64,000 nt of DNA, from UHGV virus genome UHGV-0072281; one strand, given 5' to 3'. Shown piece by piece: positions 54,642 through 63,593 of this stretch (position 1 is the stretch's first letter; each line of letters starts with the position of its first letter). The notes under the pieces are model-generated. The model ran no database searches and was not told the origin of the DNA. It saw only the letters and a program-made list of their open reading frames with translations. The position numbers were made by a program, and so were the translations under genes. Source of the DNA: a virus.

Positions 54642-55521
54642 TGTCAAAGTTTACGACGGTAAACTCTCGACGGTAACACTTAATGCGATGCGTCTGGCTA
54701 CCGCATTAATTACCGGTGCCGATGTGCAATACCCACAGAAGTCCACACTGAATGAGTTTTATAAGCTCATGCAAACCCCAGTGCCGGACGGTAAAGCACG
54801 TCCCCATTTGCAGTACATGGCGATTGGTAACCGTGGCCACATGGTCGACACATCAGATGTTGTTGCTGATGTTGTTCCTGTAGCTAAAGAACCTATCGCG
54901 TCCGGGATGTTTTCACGCGTTCCGTTTGTCCTGCGTACTAAAGACAACGATTTGTCTGATGAACAGCGTAAGAACTACGCTTTCCGTACTCTGGAAACCA
55001 TCAACAAACGTGAGTATTGGGCGTACTATTTAAAACGCATTGACATGCGTGCAGTAAAAACTACCGACTACGACATTAAGCGTGAGAACGGTGTTGAAAC
55101 TGTAGAAGACTTTGTTTATACGGACACTGAACTGAACCCAGTACCGAAAGTGTTGCCGGATTACGATTACGATGATGACGGTACTGTTGCAATTCCAGAT
55201 GGCCGTTATGTGGAATCAGGTGCAGACCTGGTTATCCCGTGGACGGACTTTGATGTTCAGGAGTACATGAACGTGACCAGCATTATGCGCGGCAGCCCTC
55301 GTAGTTCGATTATCTCTGAACTGGCACTGTGCTCCGGTTTAGACCAGGTAACGTCTGGTGACTCTGCGACTGGTTCGAAGTTCAGTTACACTGAAGCTAT
55401 TGGTGTACAAGCCCTGTATTACATTTCGATGTTTACTAACCTGGCGCAGACGAACGATAAATTGTCACTGACAATCCGTATCGGTCAACCTGCGCCGTTC
55501 TTCTTAGGGACAGCGAATTAA
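54634..55521 (+). CDS. hypothetical protein (295 aa)
   Basis: ORF overlapping the previous gene by 8 nt. Confidence 0.75.
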   Translation: MSNVKVYDGKLSTVTLNAMRLATALITGADVQYPQKSTLNEFYKLMQTPVPDGKARPHLQYMAIGNRGHMVDTSDVVADVVPVAKEPIASGMFSRVPFVLRTKDNDLSDEQRKNYAFRTLETINKREYWAYYLKRIDMRAVKTTDYDIKRENGVETVEDFVYTDTELNPVPKVLPDYDYDDDGTVAIPDGRYVESGADLVIPWTDFDVQEYMNVTSIMRGSPRSSIISELALCSGLDQVTSGDSATGSKFSYTEAIGVQALYYISMFTNLAQTNDKLSLTIRIGQPAPFFLGTAN

Positions 55522-56165
55522 TGTTGATTCCTGAGCCGAGACTTCCCGATAAGATGGTCAGGATCGCGGCGATAGACCCCGGTACGAGCCATCTCGGGAT
55601 GGCGGTGTTGGATTGGGAATATGGCAGCGACCAAGCCGAAGTGGTGTGGGCTGATACTATGCATGTATTAGACCCAACACATCCAAGTGCGTTTGCAGAA
55701 TGTGTTGGTAAACGCGACGATCGCTTAGTAAAACTCGAAGCGTGCTACCGTGAGTTTCTTCGGATTGCGCGTCCGACGTTCGTTGCAACAGAAACGCCGT
55801 TCATGCGGCGGGCAAAACTCTCCGCGTATGAATCTGGCGTAGAGTTACAGCTGATGCTGAGACGGGCGTTATGGGACGTGTTTCCAGAGAAGGTGCTACA
55901 CGGGTTCAATCCGATTATTGTAAAATCATTCGTCGGTGTGGAAGCGAAAGGAACGGACAAAACAGATATGTTTCGTGCCGTAACGAAGTTGTATCGCGAC
56001 CACGCGTTGATTGACATTACGACTTTGGACGAGCACAGTATCGATGCCGTGGCGGTGGGGAATATCTTTGTCAGGGTAAACCTGTTAAACTTGAATAGTC
56101 TCCTACCGCCAAAACAAAAGTCTATTAAGACAGCAAAACGGCGGAGAAGACGTCGGAGGAAATAG
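55521..56165 (+). CDS. ruvC: RuvC-like Holliday junction resolvase with a polybasic C-terminal tail
   Basis: IAAIDPGTSHLGMAV, FVATETPFM and DEHSIDAVAVG match the RuvC catalytic motifs (GIDPG, AIEQVF, DAADALAIA). The protein ends in KTAKRRRRRRRK. Confidence 0.8.
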   Translation: MLIPEPRLPDKMVRIAAIDPGTSHLGMAVLDWEYGSDQAEVVWADTMHVLDPTHPSAFAECVGKRDDRLVKLEACYREFLRIARPTFVATETPFMRRAKLSAYESGVELQLMLRRALWDVFPEKVLHGFNPIIVKSFVGVEAKGTDKTDMFRAVTKLYRDHALIDITTLDEHSIDAVAVGNIFVRVNLLNLNSLLPPKQKSIKTAKRRRRRRRK

Positions 56166-56167
56166 CG

Positions 56168-56746
56168 ATGTCGCAACCAACACAAGACGTGTCGGCCGCA
56201 ATTCTTGACATTCTTATCCAAGCGGGGAACAGAAAGTTAAGTAAAGAGCAGTCCGAAGAACTGTCTAAGATTCTCAAAGACAACTTCGGTGACGAAATCT
56301 CTGTAGACGTAACACGGTCGGGTACAAAGATTCTGTCGGAGTTACGTCCAACGCTTCTTGAGAACCTCGGAAAGATGGCGGAAAACTTTCAGCAGCAAGC
56401 CACAAACGCTGTAGAGAGTTTAGGTGACGAAGTAAGCAAAGAAACGATGTTGACACTGTGGCCGAAACTTGCTGGCGCACAGAAGTTCATTATTGTTCTG
56501 CTTGCATTCGCCACTGTTGTCGTGACAGGCTTCTTAGCGTACGACACTCATCAGAACTTTCCAAAAGACAGCATGGAAGTGTTGTTTGTATCCTTACTTC
56601 CGCTGTTCGGATTGGTAGTGTTCTCAACGTGGCCAATTAAAACATTGGCTTACAAGTCGTTGGAGATTGCTACCAAAGTCGTCGAGAAGAAACTTGAGAA
56701 ATCAGGTCAGGTCATCGCGAAGCCAGAAACAAAGACAACGAAATAA
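56168..56746 (+). CDS. membrane protein (192 aa, two predicted transmembrane helices)
   Basis: Hydrophobic stretches FIIVLLAFATVVVTGFLAY and LFVSLLPLFGLVVFSTWPI. Confidence 0.7.
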   Translation: MSQPTQDVSAAILDILIQAGNRKLSKEQSEELSKILKDNFGDEISVDVTRSGTKILSELRPTLLENLGKMAENFQQQATNAVESLGDEVSKETMLTLWPKLAGAQKFIIVLLAFATVVVTGFLAYDTHQNFPKDSMEVLFVSLLPLFGLVVFSTWPIKTLAYKSLEIATKVVEKKLEKSGQVIAKPETKTTK

Positions 56747-56750
56747 AACC

Positions 56751-56790
56751 AACCTCTACCTTCGGGTAGAGGTTTTCTTCTTTTTATTTT
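56751..56790 (+). terminator. intrinsic terminator
   Basis: aacctctacc-ttcg-ggtagaggtt hairpin followed by a T-rich tail. Confidence 0.9.
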
Positions 56791-56834
56791 ACAATTTTTG
56801 ATCATACTGTGAGACTTCTAGCGAGGAGATTTAG

Positions 56835-57521
56835 ATGAAGGAATTGCAATTAAGAAAGCGTACTACTCTTATCCCCCTTAAGGAACTAAAACAGTGTCCC
56901 GTTTTCTACTCACCGAAAGATCACCTAGATTTATCTAAAGAGAAAAAGATTATTATTTCTGCCTTCCGAGAAGTAATCAATCTTCGTTATTTCGCGGCAC
57001 CAATGGATTGTGCTATCGAACATGCTATGTTGGATGGAAGAACGTCGCTTACAGTTTACGATTTGTTAGAAGAAAAGAATATCGGTATTGAAACTGGTAT
57101 ACTGAGAGTAAACAAAAATGAGTTATTAGAAAGTCAAAAACAACTAATGACAGGTGTTCAATTACTCTTAGAGCAATATGGCTTCTATTCGGAAAAACCA
57201 ACTTCTGCGGTATCTACACAACCCATCATCTGTGACCATGGGTTTGAGGTAGAATGGAAAACAATTCGAGGGCAAGATTTTATTTTAATACATTGGTTCG
57301 TTCCCTATCTTTGGAAAGAGCGTACCACAGTTTATGCTTTACTTGAATTCGCTGTCTACTGGAGCATTTATAAAAAAGAACGTGCTACTGCAATGAAAAC
57401 GGTAATGACCACACCGTTAAATCAACTTTTTACCTCTGGGTTAGAAACAGATTTTAACGAACTATGTACAACTATTTTCAAGATGGAGTATGGCTATGCA
57501 CCAGTTGGATATAACCGCTGA
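56835..57521 (+). CDS. hypothetical protein (228 aa)
   Basis: ORF with GAGGAG upstream of the ATG. Confidence 0.7.
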   Translation: MKELQLRKRTTLIPLKELKQCPVFYSPKDHLDLSKEKKIIISAFREVINLRYFAAPMDCAIEHAMLDGRTSLTVYDLLEEKNIGIETGILRVNKNELLESQKQLMTGVQLLLEQYGFYSEKPTSAVSTQPIICDHGFEVEWKTIRGQDFILIHWFVPYLWKERTTVYALLEFAVYWSIYKKERATAMKTVMTTPLNQLFTSGLETDFNELCTTIFKMEYGYAPVGYNR

Positions 57522-57972
57522 TAAAATCTCCGCTAAATTTCCACAATTACGTGAATACATCAACGACTTAAATTCAATTCGGGAAACACCGGTTAGAATT
57601 ACGTTAGCAGTTGAAGATGATATTACTCACGGTATTGCGATCTGGGAGCCGGGGAATCTTATTTATCTGGTGGTGGCGGAAGGTTCTCGACGTTTCGGTG
57701 TTGGTTCGTTTTTATTGCAATATGTTCAATTGAATTCCGATCGTCAAATGGTGACGTGCCGTGTCCACCCTTCGAACATTGACGGCCTGTGTTTCTTTTC
57801 GAAAAAGGGCTACCAGATTGACCGTTGGTATATCGCCAGCGACTCTCGTCGGTATTTTCGTATGACGAACGGTAACGTTGTTTCGTCATACGCCCCGCCG
57901 GAAGAAGGATATTTGGTGGATTTTATCGAAAACACGCCCATCTTTCTCTCTGTTGCGGATAAAATTTATTAA
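57496..57972 (+). CDS. GNAT-family N-acetyltransferase
   Basis: LVVAEGSRRFGVGSFLLQY fits GNAT motif A (R/Q-x-x-G-x-G/A). ATG 57496 has GGAG at 7 nt, whereas ATG 57490 is only 1 nt from the SD. Confidence 0.6.
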   Translation: MHQLDITADKISAKFPQLREYINDLNSIRETPVRITLAVEDDITHGIAIWEPGNLIYLVVAEGSRRFGVGSFLLQYVQLNSDRQMVTCRVHPSNIDGLCFFSKKGYQIDRWYIASDSRRYFRMTNGNVVSSYAPPEEGYLVDFIENTPIFLSVADKIY

Positions 57973-57988
57973 CCGTTGAGAGTCTAAA

Positions 57989-58465
57989 ATGATACGTGTC
58001 GAATATGAGACGCGGTGCTTAGAAGACAATCGAGCAAAAGCATTACGTTGTGTTGAAATCGTCCCCGCACACGAACTGGATATTCAAGCTGGTAAGGTTC
58101 GGGGCGTTCCGGTTAAGATCGTACAACACAGCCATTGTTCGCAATATAAAGAGAAAGCTGTCCCAGTAGTACGTTCCAGTAAACGAGAAGACTTTTCAGA
58201 ACTCCGTAAGTGTTTTCAACGACACTACCGCCGGAGTAAATGGAAGGTGTTGGTATTAATGTTAGTCGACGATTTCATTAAAGACCTGGTTTGGGAAGAA
58301 GTGCTTAAAGAGCGTGGTTTTCAACCCAAACCGTTCTCGTATCACTGGGAACGTTTCAAAAAGAAATACCACGAGTCATTGCGTTGGTCTCCGAACACAC
58401 GGAATATGATGCCACGTTTGGAATCAATGCCTTGGCTTCGTGTTTATCTCGATGAGGTAAACTGA
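57989..58465 (+). CDS. hypothetical basic protein (158 aa)
   Basis: ORF with GAGAG upstream. Its stop overlaps the next start (TGATG). Confidence 0.65.
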   Translation: MIRVEYETRCLEDNRAKALRCVEIVPAHELDIQAGKVRGVPVKIVQHSHCSQYKEKAVPVVRSSKREDFSELRKCFQRHYRRSKWKVLVLMLVDDFIKDLVWEEVLKERGFQPKPFSYHWERFKKKYHESLRWSPNTRNMMPRLESMPWLRVYLDEVN

Positions 58466-58854
58466 TGAAACGTTTTATTACCCCCTTTCTAATGTTACTT
58501 TCGTTTTCTGTATTAGCGGATTTTAAACCTTGTGATATCAGTCGTTACGAACCCGCTGTTCCTGGTGATAAACCAGTCGTGTTTAAAGCAGGTGACCAAC
58601 CCGTAACTGCGGTTCAAAACGAAGAGTTTGCAGTGGTGAACTACGGCAAAACGGAGTTATGCCCTGCGGGTGGATTTTATCTGGTGAACATCAAACGTCG
58701 GACTTACCAGTTTGTTGATCCGGGTAGCTGCTCTGCAACGGTTAAGGTAACGTTAGAAACCGTACCTTACACGAATAAAAACATTAATATACAACGTTTA
58801 ACCTTTTATGCGGGTGATGAAATCACAGCACGTTATCCGTTATACGGGTATTAG
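58465..58854 (+). CDS. secreted/periplasmic protein (129 aa) with an N-terminal signal peptide
   Basis: MKRFITPFLMLLSFSVLA-DF has a typical Sec signal layout (basic n-region, hydrophobic core, A-x-A-like site). Confidence 0.65.
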   Translation: MKRFITPFLMLLSFSVLADFKPCDISRYEPAVPGDKPVVFKAGDQPVTAVQNEEFAVVNYGKTELCPAGGFYLVNIKRRTYQFVDPGSCSATVKVTLETVPYTNKNINIQRLTFYAGDEITARYPLYGY

Positions 58855-58877
58855 TGATTACCCCCCACGGAGTTCGT

Positions 58878-59516
58878 ATGTCTTTTGTAATTGATTTCGA
58901 CGTTGGCCACAGACAGAACTTACTTAATCTCGTTAGTTATTGTAACAGCGACAGTGTACGGAAAAAGCTTTCGGCTGAAAAGGTGGATGTTACGCTCGTC
59001 GGTGCCCCAACACCGGAAGGGCGTTATAAGGTAAAGTTAACGAATCGTAATGATATTAACGATGCGGTAATGATTACCTACACAAAACTTCAACTGAACG
59101 ACTTCCTTGAGATTCCTGCCAAGTATCTTGATTGGTTTGATTTCGAAAACGGACAACCTAAGAACTACGATACGTGGGCAGCTTCCGCTAAAGTCGCCGT
59201 AGAGAAAATGTGCCAAGACCGAGGTATGGTGTTATCGCGAGCATGGGATACCGGTTCGCAATGCCATATCGACTACGATGAATCAATCGAACGGTACGTG
59301 GTCATTTACGAGTGCGACTCTTTTATTTATAGTGCGAGAAACCGATTCATCTTACCTCTACACTTAGGGCAGGTGATTAAAGACACGACATTAGACGGTC
59401 TTGATTACAATAACGAACTGAACAAGAAACCTTTGGCGGATTTGGACGGCGAGTTAGAAGTGTGGATGGGTCAGGCGCTGGTTGAGACAGTAGTCTTAAG
59501 CGGCCTGGAAGTGTAA
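58878..59516 (+). CDS. hypothetical protein (about 212 aa)
   Basis: ATG 58878 is preceded by CGGAG. The track start GTG 58854 overlaps the previous stop. Confidence 0.65.
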   Translation: MSFVIDFDVGHRQNLLNLVSYCNSDSVRKKLSAEKVDVTLVGAPTPEGRYKVKLTNRNDINDAVMITYTKLQLNDFLEIPAKYLDWFDFENGQPKNYDTWAASAKVAVEKMCQDRGMVLSRAWDTGSQCHIDYDESIERYVVIYECDSFIYSARNRFILPLHLGQVIKDTTLDGLDYNNELNKKPLADLDGELEVWMGQALVETVVLSGLEV

Positions 59517-59528
59517 TAGTAACGGTGG

Positions 59529-59568
59529 GTAGAGAGAGCTTTCGGGCTCTCTCTACTTTTCTTTTTTT
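59529..59568 (+). terminator. intrinsic terminator
   Basis: gtagagagagc-loop-gctctctctac hairpin followed by ttttcttttttt. Confidence 0.9.
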
Positions 59569-59597
59569 CATTATCGACGGTCTTTATGGAGGTGACT

Positions 59598-60152
59598 ATG
59601 AAAGAATATAGAATTGCGATCATCGGGTCTCGAGAAACGCCAGAAGACGTTATGCAGGAAATGTTAGAAACGTTACGGGAAGGGTTTCGAATCTTACGAA
59701 AGAAAGGCTATACGATTACCACCCGTTCTGGCGGGTGTTATAAAGGACCAGACCAACTTCAGTTTATGTTAGCACGCACAGAGGACGTTAAGAGCGTTTG
59801 TTACCTGCCGGATGAAAAGAAAATGTGGTTAGGGAAAATACACCCTAAGGTAGAGTTCCGTTATATCGCACAAGACGTTCAGTACCGCGCAATCGTTGCT
59901 TCACTTCACCCAAACCCAGATAAGCTCTCGCCGATTGCCTGGGCGTTACACGGGCGTAATCTGAATATCATCGCAGGGGATTGTTTAGACGAGCCGGTAG
60001 ACACAGTATATTACTTTAGCGACCACGACAAACACGGGAACGCAAAAGGTGGCACCGCAATGGGTGTGAAATACGCGAAGTCAATCGACGTTCCTTGTTA
60101 TTATCATACCACCGATCGGGATAAGTGGTTGGAAAGCCTTCGTTTATTATGA
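59598..60152 (+). CDS. DprA/SLOG-like Rossmann-fold protein (about 184 aa)
   Basis: RIAIIGSRETP...TTRSGGCYKGPDQ...GGTAMGV resembles the DprA/Smf-LOG pattern (vaVVGSR...SG.A.GID...GGT). ATG 59598 is preceded by GGAGGTG. Confidence 0.4.
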   Translation: MKEYRIAIIGSRETPEDVMQEMLETLREGFRILRKKGYTITTRSGGCYKGPDQLQFMLARTEDVKSVCYLPDEKKMWLGKIHPKVEFRYIAQDVQYRAIVASLHPNPDKLSPIAWALHGRNLNIIAGDCLDEPVDTVYYFSDHDKHGNAKGGTAMGVKYAKSIDVPCYYHTTDRDKWLESLRLL

Positions 60153-60323
60153 ACTTGACTTTAACCGCTTTACAAAGGAAACCTCGATAAGCGTCGTAGT
60201 TGAGTTCAGCGATTCACCGTGCGATGGGGTATATCCCCAATCTGATGGGAACAGAAGTTACTGCGTATCCGTTAGCAGGGTGAACTGGGTAAAAGTAAGA
60301 TCAAAGCAAACGAGTAAATTATC

Positions 60324-61457
60324 ATGTCAACGTTAGATAGCGACTTAGAAGTGCTTTGTGACGATTACGACCGACTCGTAGCGTTAGAATCCATTGGAGT
60401 AAAAGACAATTATCCGGCTATCGTTGCTATCCGTAAACGTTGGCTTTTGGATGATGTGGTTGTTGCGTCAGAGTCTGCGGCCATGATGCACCGTGCGCAG
60501 TTTTTGTCAGATACGGAACCTGATAAAGGGATTGGCAAAGCGGCGGCGCGACTCACCGGACGTGCGGTTCGTGGCGTAAGTCGGGTTGCAGGGCGTGCTG
60601 CTAGTGCAGGCGCAAAAGCATCAGCGAGTTTCGCAGGTAAACATTCCAAACAACTTGCTTTACGTTTTGTGGACTTTGCTGAAGCTGCGGGTAAAGAAGT
60701 CATTAAGGAATTAAAAGAAGCGACGTCTAAAGCAACGACCTTAGAACGCAAACTGCAAAGGTTAAATGCACGTCTAAGTTTAATCGATGACAAAGACACC
60801 TTAAAACCGGTTGACTGCGACACGGGAAGCTGGACGACTAAAGTTTGTTTAGAAGACAAACCTAACGTAAAAGCGTGTATTGAGTTCAGTAAGAACCTGA
60901 GCGCATTGGATGCGATGGTCAACGAGTACACCGTTAAAACGCGCACCATTATCGGTAAGAGCAAGAAAGTTACCGAGAGTGGTTTGGAGAAAGTAGGCCG
61001 GTCAACGAACTGGGCGATTAAACGTAGCGCAGGGTTGTTCGGTATTATTGATCCGTTTAAAACGGTGAAAGCGTATCCGTGGCCAGGTAACGTGGTGGTC
61101 GTTGAACACAACGGCGGTAAGATTGAGTGGGCGATTGCTCGTGATGGCGATTTTGGCCACACAATCAAATCGCTGAACTTACACGAAATCGGTTCGGCGC
61201 TCGAAGCCGTTGAAAACATTATCCGTGCTTTACGTCATCGTGGTACGAAGCGACGTAGCGTTGGTTATACCGGTATTTACGATGAAATTCAGCGAATGAA
61301 AAAAGAACTGAAATCGTTAGACGGTCGTGAGTTACGCGATGCTACCGTTCGGTATAAAAACGCACTGCGTTTAGAAGATGCGTTTACTACCTCGTTAGTG
61401 CGTGTTGCGGAGGGCTTACTGGAATGGTGCAGGTTATCGCTGATTGAGGTTAAATAA
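60324..61457 (+). CDS. hypothetical protein (377 aa) with an Ala/Gly/Arg-rich segment
   Basis: Longest ORF at this locus. Its stop overlaps the next start (TAATG). Confidence 0.7.
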   Translation: MSTLDSDLEVLCDDYDRLVALESIGVKDNYPAIVAIRKRWLLDDVVVASESAAMMHRAQFLSDTEPDKGIGKAAARLTGRAVRGVSRVAGRAASAGAKASASFAGKHSKQLALRFVDFAEAAGKEVIKELKEATSKATTLERKLQRLNARLSLIDDKDTLKPVDCDTGSWTTKVCLEDKPNVKACIEFSKNLSALDAMVNEYTVKTRTIIGKSKKVTESGLEKVGRSTNWAIKRSAGLFGIIDPFKTVKAYPWPGNVVVVEHNGGKIEWAIARDGDFGHTIKSLNLHEIGSALEAVENIIRALRHRGTKRRSVGYTGIYDEIQRMKKELKSLDGRELRDATVRYKNALRLEDAFTTSLVRVAEGLLEWCRLSLIEVK

Positions 61458-61924
61458 TGCGTATCACTATTATTCTCAAACCCGACAGTAAATACGGAAG
61501 GTTATACGGCGACCAGGTACTCAAACTGCACAACATGTTGTTCGCAGAAGAGAAACTGCGTATTAGTCAGTTAACCGGTCGTGACACGTTCAACCCAATT
61601 GAACACCTAGAAGAGATTTGGCCTCAAGATTATCTCTGTGCGTGTGCGGTGGATGACAACGAACAGCTTCTGGGATTTATGACGTTCTCATTGGGTTCTT
61701 GCTCAAAAGACACGTTTGTTTACATCGGGAATTACTATGTGATTCCTGAAGCACGTTCTCAAGGGGTAGGGCGTGCGCTTATGGACAAAGTCCGTGAATA
61801 CGGAAAGTCCAAAGGTTGTGGTTGGATGAGTCTGGATGTGTTAGACAACAACGTTAAAGCTATCTCCTTGTATGAGAAAATGGGATTCCGTACCGAATGC
61901 AGGGAAATGATAAAGGAAATCTAA
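61457..61924 (+). CDS. GNAT-family N-acetyltransferase
   Basis: YYVIPEARSQGVGRALMDKV...LDVLDNNVKAISLYEKMGF contains the canonical GNAT motifs A and B. Confidence 0.8.
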   Translation: MRITIILKPDSKYGRLYGDQVLKLHNMLFAEEKLRISQLTGRDTFNPIEHLEEIWPQDYLCACAVDDNEQLLGFMTFSLGSCSKDTFVYIGNYYVIPEARSQGVGRALMDKVREYGKSKGCGWMSLDVLDNNVKAISLYEKMGFRTECREMIKEI

Positions 61925-61925
61925 A

Positions 61926-62558
61926 ATGGCTGTAAGATTCGTACCGTTTCACGACGGGTCTAGATATACTTTTGGTGTAGAGCGTTACGCTGTGGGTTTT
62001 CGTCCTGGTTGGAGAGTGGTACGAATCGATAAAACGTGTTGGTGTTTACCGACCAGCATTTTTGATTACTTTACACCTGAAGCTTTAACGCGGTTTGTTT
62101 CTCTGGGTTCACCCACGCAACGTGCTGCGTGGGAAAAGAAAATTCGTTGCCGTTATTTGGGTAAAACACGAAACGCGACGGTACGTGGTGTTTATCACGT
62201 AGGGAGTCGTTGGTTACACGTTGAATCAACACATCCCCGTTGTGCAGTTACACCCTTTAACGGTGAATATCACGGTCAGGTGTATACCGGAATACATTTT
62301 GCGTTCCCGGATAACCCTGACCTTAATTATTTTCTGGCTACCCCGAAAGACGTTACATTAGCCACGTTCTATAAATACCTTTTGTTCTATCCTGCGTACG
62401 TCGTTGCAGAATACGAACACAAAGCATTTCCTCTGCCTTACGGTAGAGACAGGAGATTAGCAGGATGTTCTATCGAGAACTTCAGCAATACACCGACGCT
62501 CTCCGAAAAGCGACCATCGATGCTCACAACAACCTCAGAGATGTCGTTAGCGTTATAG
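61926..62558 (+). CDS. hypothetical protein (210 aa)
   Basis: ORF whose last 94 nt overlap the next gene. Confidence 0.65.
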   Translation: MAVRFVPFHDGSRYTFGVERYAVGFRPGWRVVRIDKTCWCLPTSIFDYFTPEALTRFVSLGSPTQRAAWEKKIRCRYLGKTRNATVRGVYHVGSRWLHVESTHPRCAVTPFNGEYHGQVYTGIHFAFPDNPDLNYFLATPKDVTLATFYKYLLFYPAYVVAEYEHKAFPLPYGRDRRLAGCSIENFSNTPTLSEKRPSMLTTTSEMSLAL

Positions 62559-62836
62559 AACAGTGTTCGGATGTATTGTATGCGGAAACGATTGAAACGC
62601 CAACCCACGACGGTGTGAAATCGCTCCAGCTACACGTTTGTAGTAAACACGGCAGTCTGTCGTTAAACTTCCGTGTAGGTTTAGATTATTACATGGTTCG
62701 CAAGAGCTATTTAAGTTGTGACGGTGACCTCTATCCGGTTGTCTGGAACAACGACTATTCTAAGTTTGTTTATCCACTTGAAGAACACCGACGCACGGTT
62801 TATGAATTTGTGAAAGCTGTTCTCGAGGGGTTCTAA
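62465..62836 (+). CDS. hypothetical protein (123 aa)
   Basis: ATG preceded by CAGGAG. Confidence 0.65.
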   Translation: MFYRELQQYTDALRKATIDAHNNLRDVVSVIEQCSDVLYAETIETPTHDGVKSLQLHVCSKHGSLSLNFRVGLDYYMVRKSYLSCDGDLYPVVWNNDYSKFVYPLEEHRRTVYEFVKAVLEGF

Positions 62837-62849
62837 AGAGGGTATTGTG

Positions 62850-63455
62850 ATGTCAGAGATGATTCTCGACTCATTACTGCTGATTACGGTGGCGTATATC
62901 AACAAAACCGGTAAGCTACCAAAGCGTGGGGTGACGATTGAGCGGGAGGGATTTAAGCACCGCTACCCGTTAACGAAAGTTCTCGATTTGGCAGCGCGGT
63001 TAGCGAAGATGCGTAGACCGACGTCAGACGCAGCACCGAAGTACGTATTAGTGGTACTTCAACGTGCGATTTCTGAAGTTCGTCGTGCGCGTCGTCGTGC
63101 CTCGTTTCGCTTTTATCCAAACTCTACGCAACAGGTTGTGGGGGTCTATAACGAAATGGTTGTTGATTTACGTGCCGAACACTGTAACGTTACGGGACTT
63201 GCGTATAACCGCCTCAAACGCATTCTGGACAACTCAGACGCGTTTACCACACCGCAAGAAGGTCAAGCGGCTTTAGCGCTTCTACGTGGCGCTGAGCTCG
63301 TTATTGTGGACACCGCAGTACAGGCCGCAAGAATGCAGCACTATCTTGCTAAGCAAGGGTTAGTTTTACTGTGTGTAGCGTCTGCACAGGCTGCTAATCT
63401 TACCGGACCGGAAAAGTCAGAAGTGTGGAGTGGTCCGATTGTTGACCATCAATAA
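62850..63455 (+). CDS. hypothetical protein (about 201 aa)
   Basis: ATG 62850 lies one codon after the track start GTG 62847, with AGAGGG upstream. Confidence 0.65.
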   Translation: MSEMILDSLLLITVAYINKTGKLPKRGVTIEREGFKHRYPLTKVLDLAARLAKMRRPTSDAAPKYVLVVLQRAISEVRRARRRASFRFYPNSTQQVVGVYNEMVVDLRAEHCNVTGLAYNRLKRILDNSDAFTTPQEGQAALALLRGAELVIVDTAVQAARMQHYLAKQGLVLLCVASAQAANLTGPEKSEVWSGPIVDHQ

Positions 63456-63462
63456 AACCTTA

Positions 63463-63496
63463 CCCCTACCTAACGGTAGGGGCGGGTTTCTTTTTT
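63463..63496 (+). terminator. intrinsic terminator
   Basis: cccctacc-taac-ggtagggg hairpin followed by cgggtttctttttt. Confidence 0.8.
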
Positions 63497-63593
63497 ATCC
63501 TAAAATTTATTACAACCAATAGCTATTATGTGAACGCCGGTATGGAATAAAGAAGTATCGGTTTAAATTTTTGTGCGTAAAGGTAAAACAATA

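Noticed and set aside
56788-56812. Sigma-70-like promoter (tttaca ... catact) after the 56751 terminator
   Set aside because: The spacing between the two hexamers is only about 9 nt instead of 16-18, and neither hexamer is a strong match.
60070-60340. +1 programmed frameshift at the end of 59598-60152 (tta tta tga a) into the long open frame crossing the gap
   Set aside because: The site does not allow P-site tRNA re-pairing in the +1 frame (UUA to UAU), and there is no upstream SD-like stimulator as in prfB. A 90-codon open frame can arise by chance in 64 kb across six frames. It is kept only as a low-interest note.
60410-61219. 269-aa minus-strand ORF inside 60324-61457
   Set aside because: The plus-strand ORF is longer (377 aa), matches the local gene orientation and is translationally coupled to the next gene (TAATG). 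The antisense product is Ser/Ala/Leu-rich and low in complexity.
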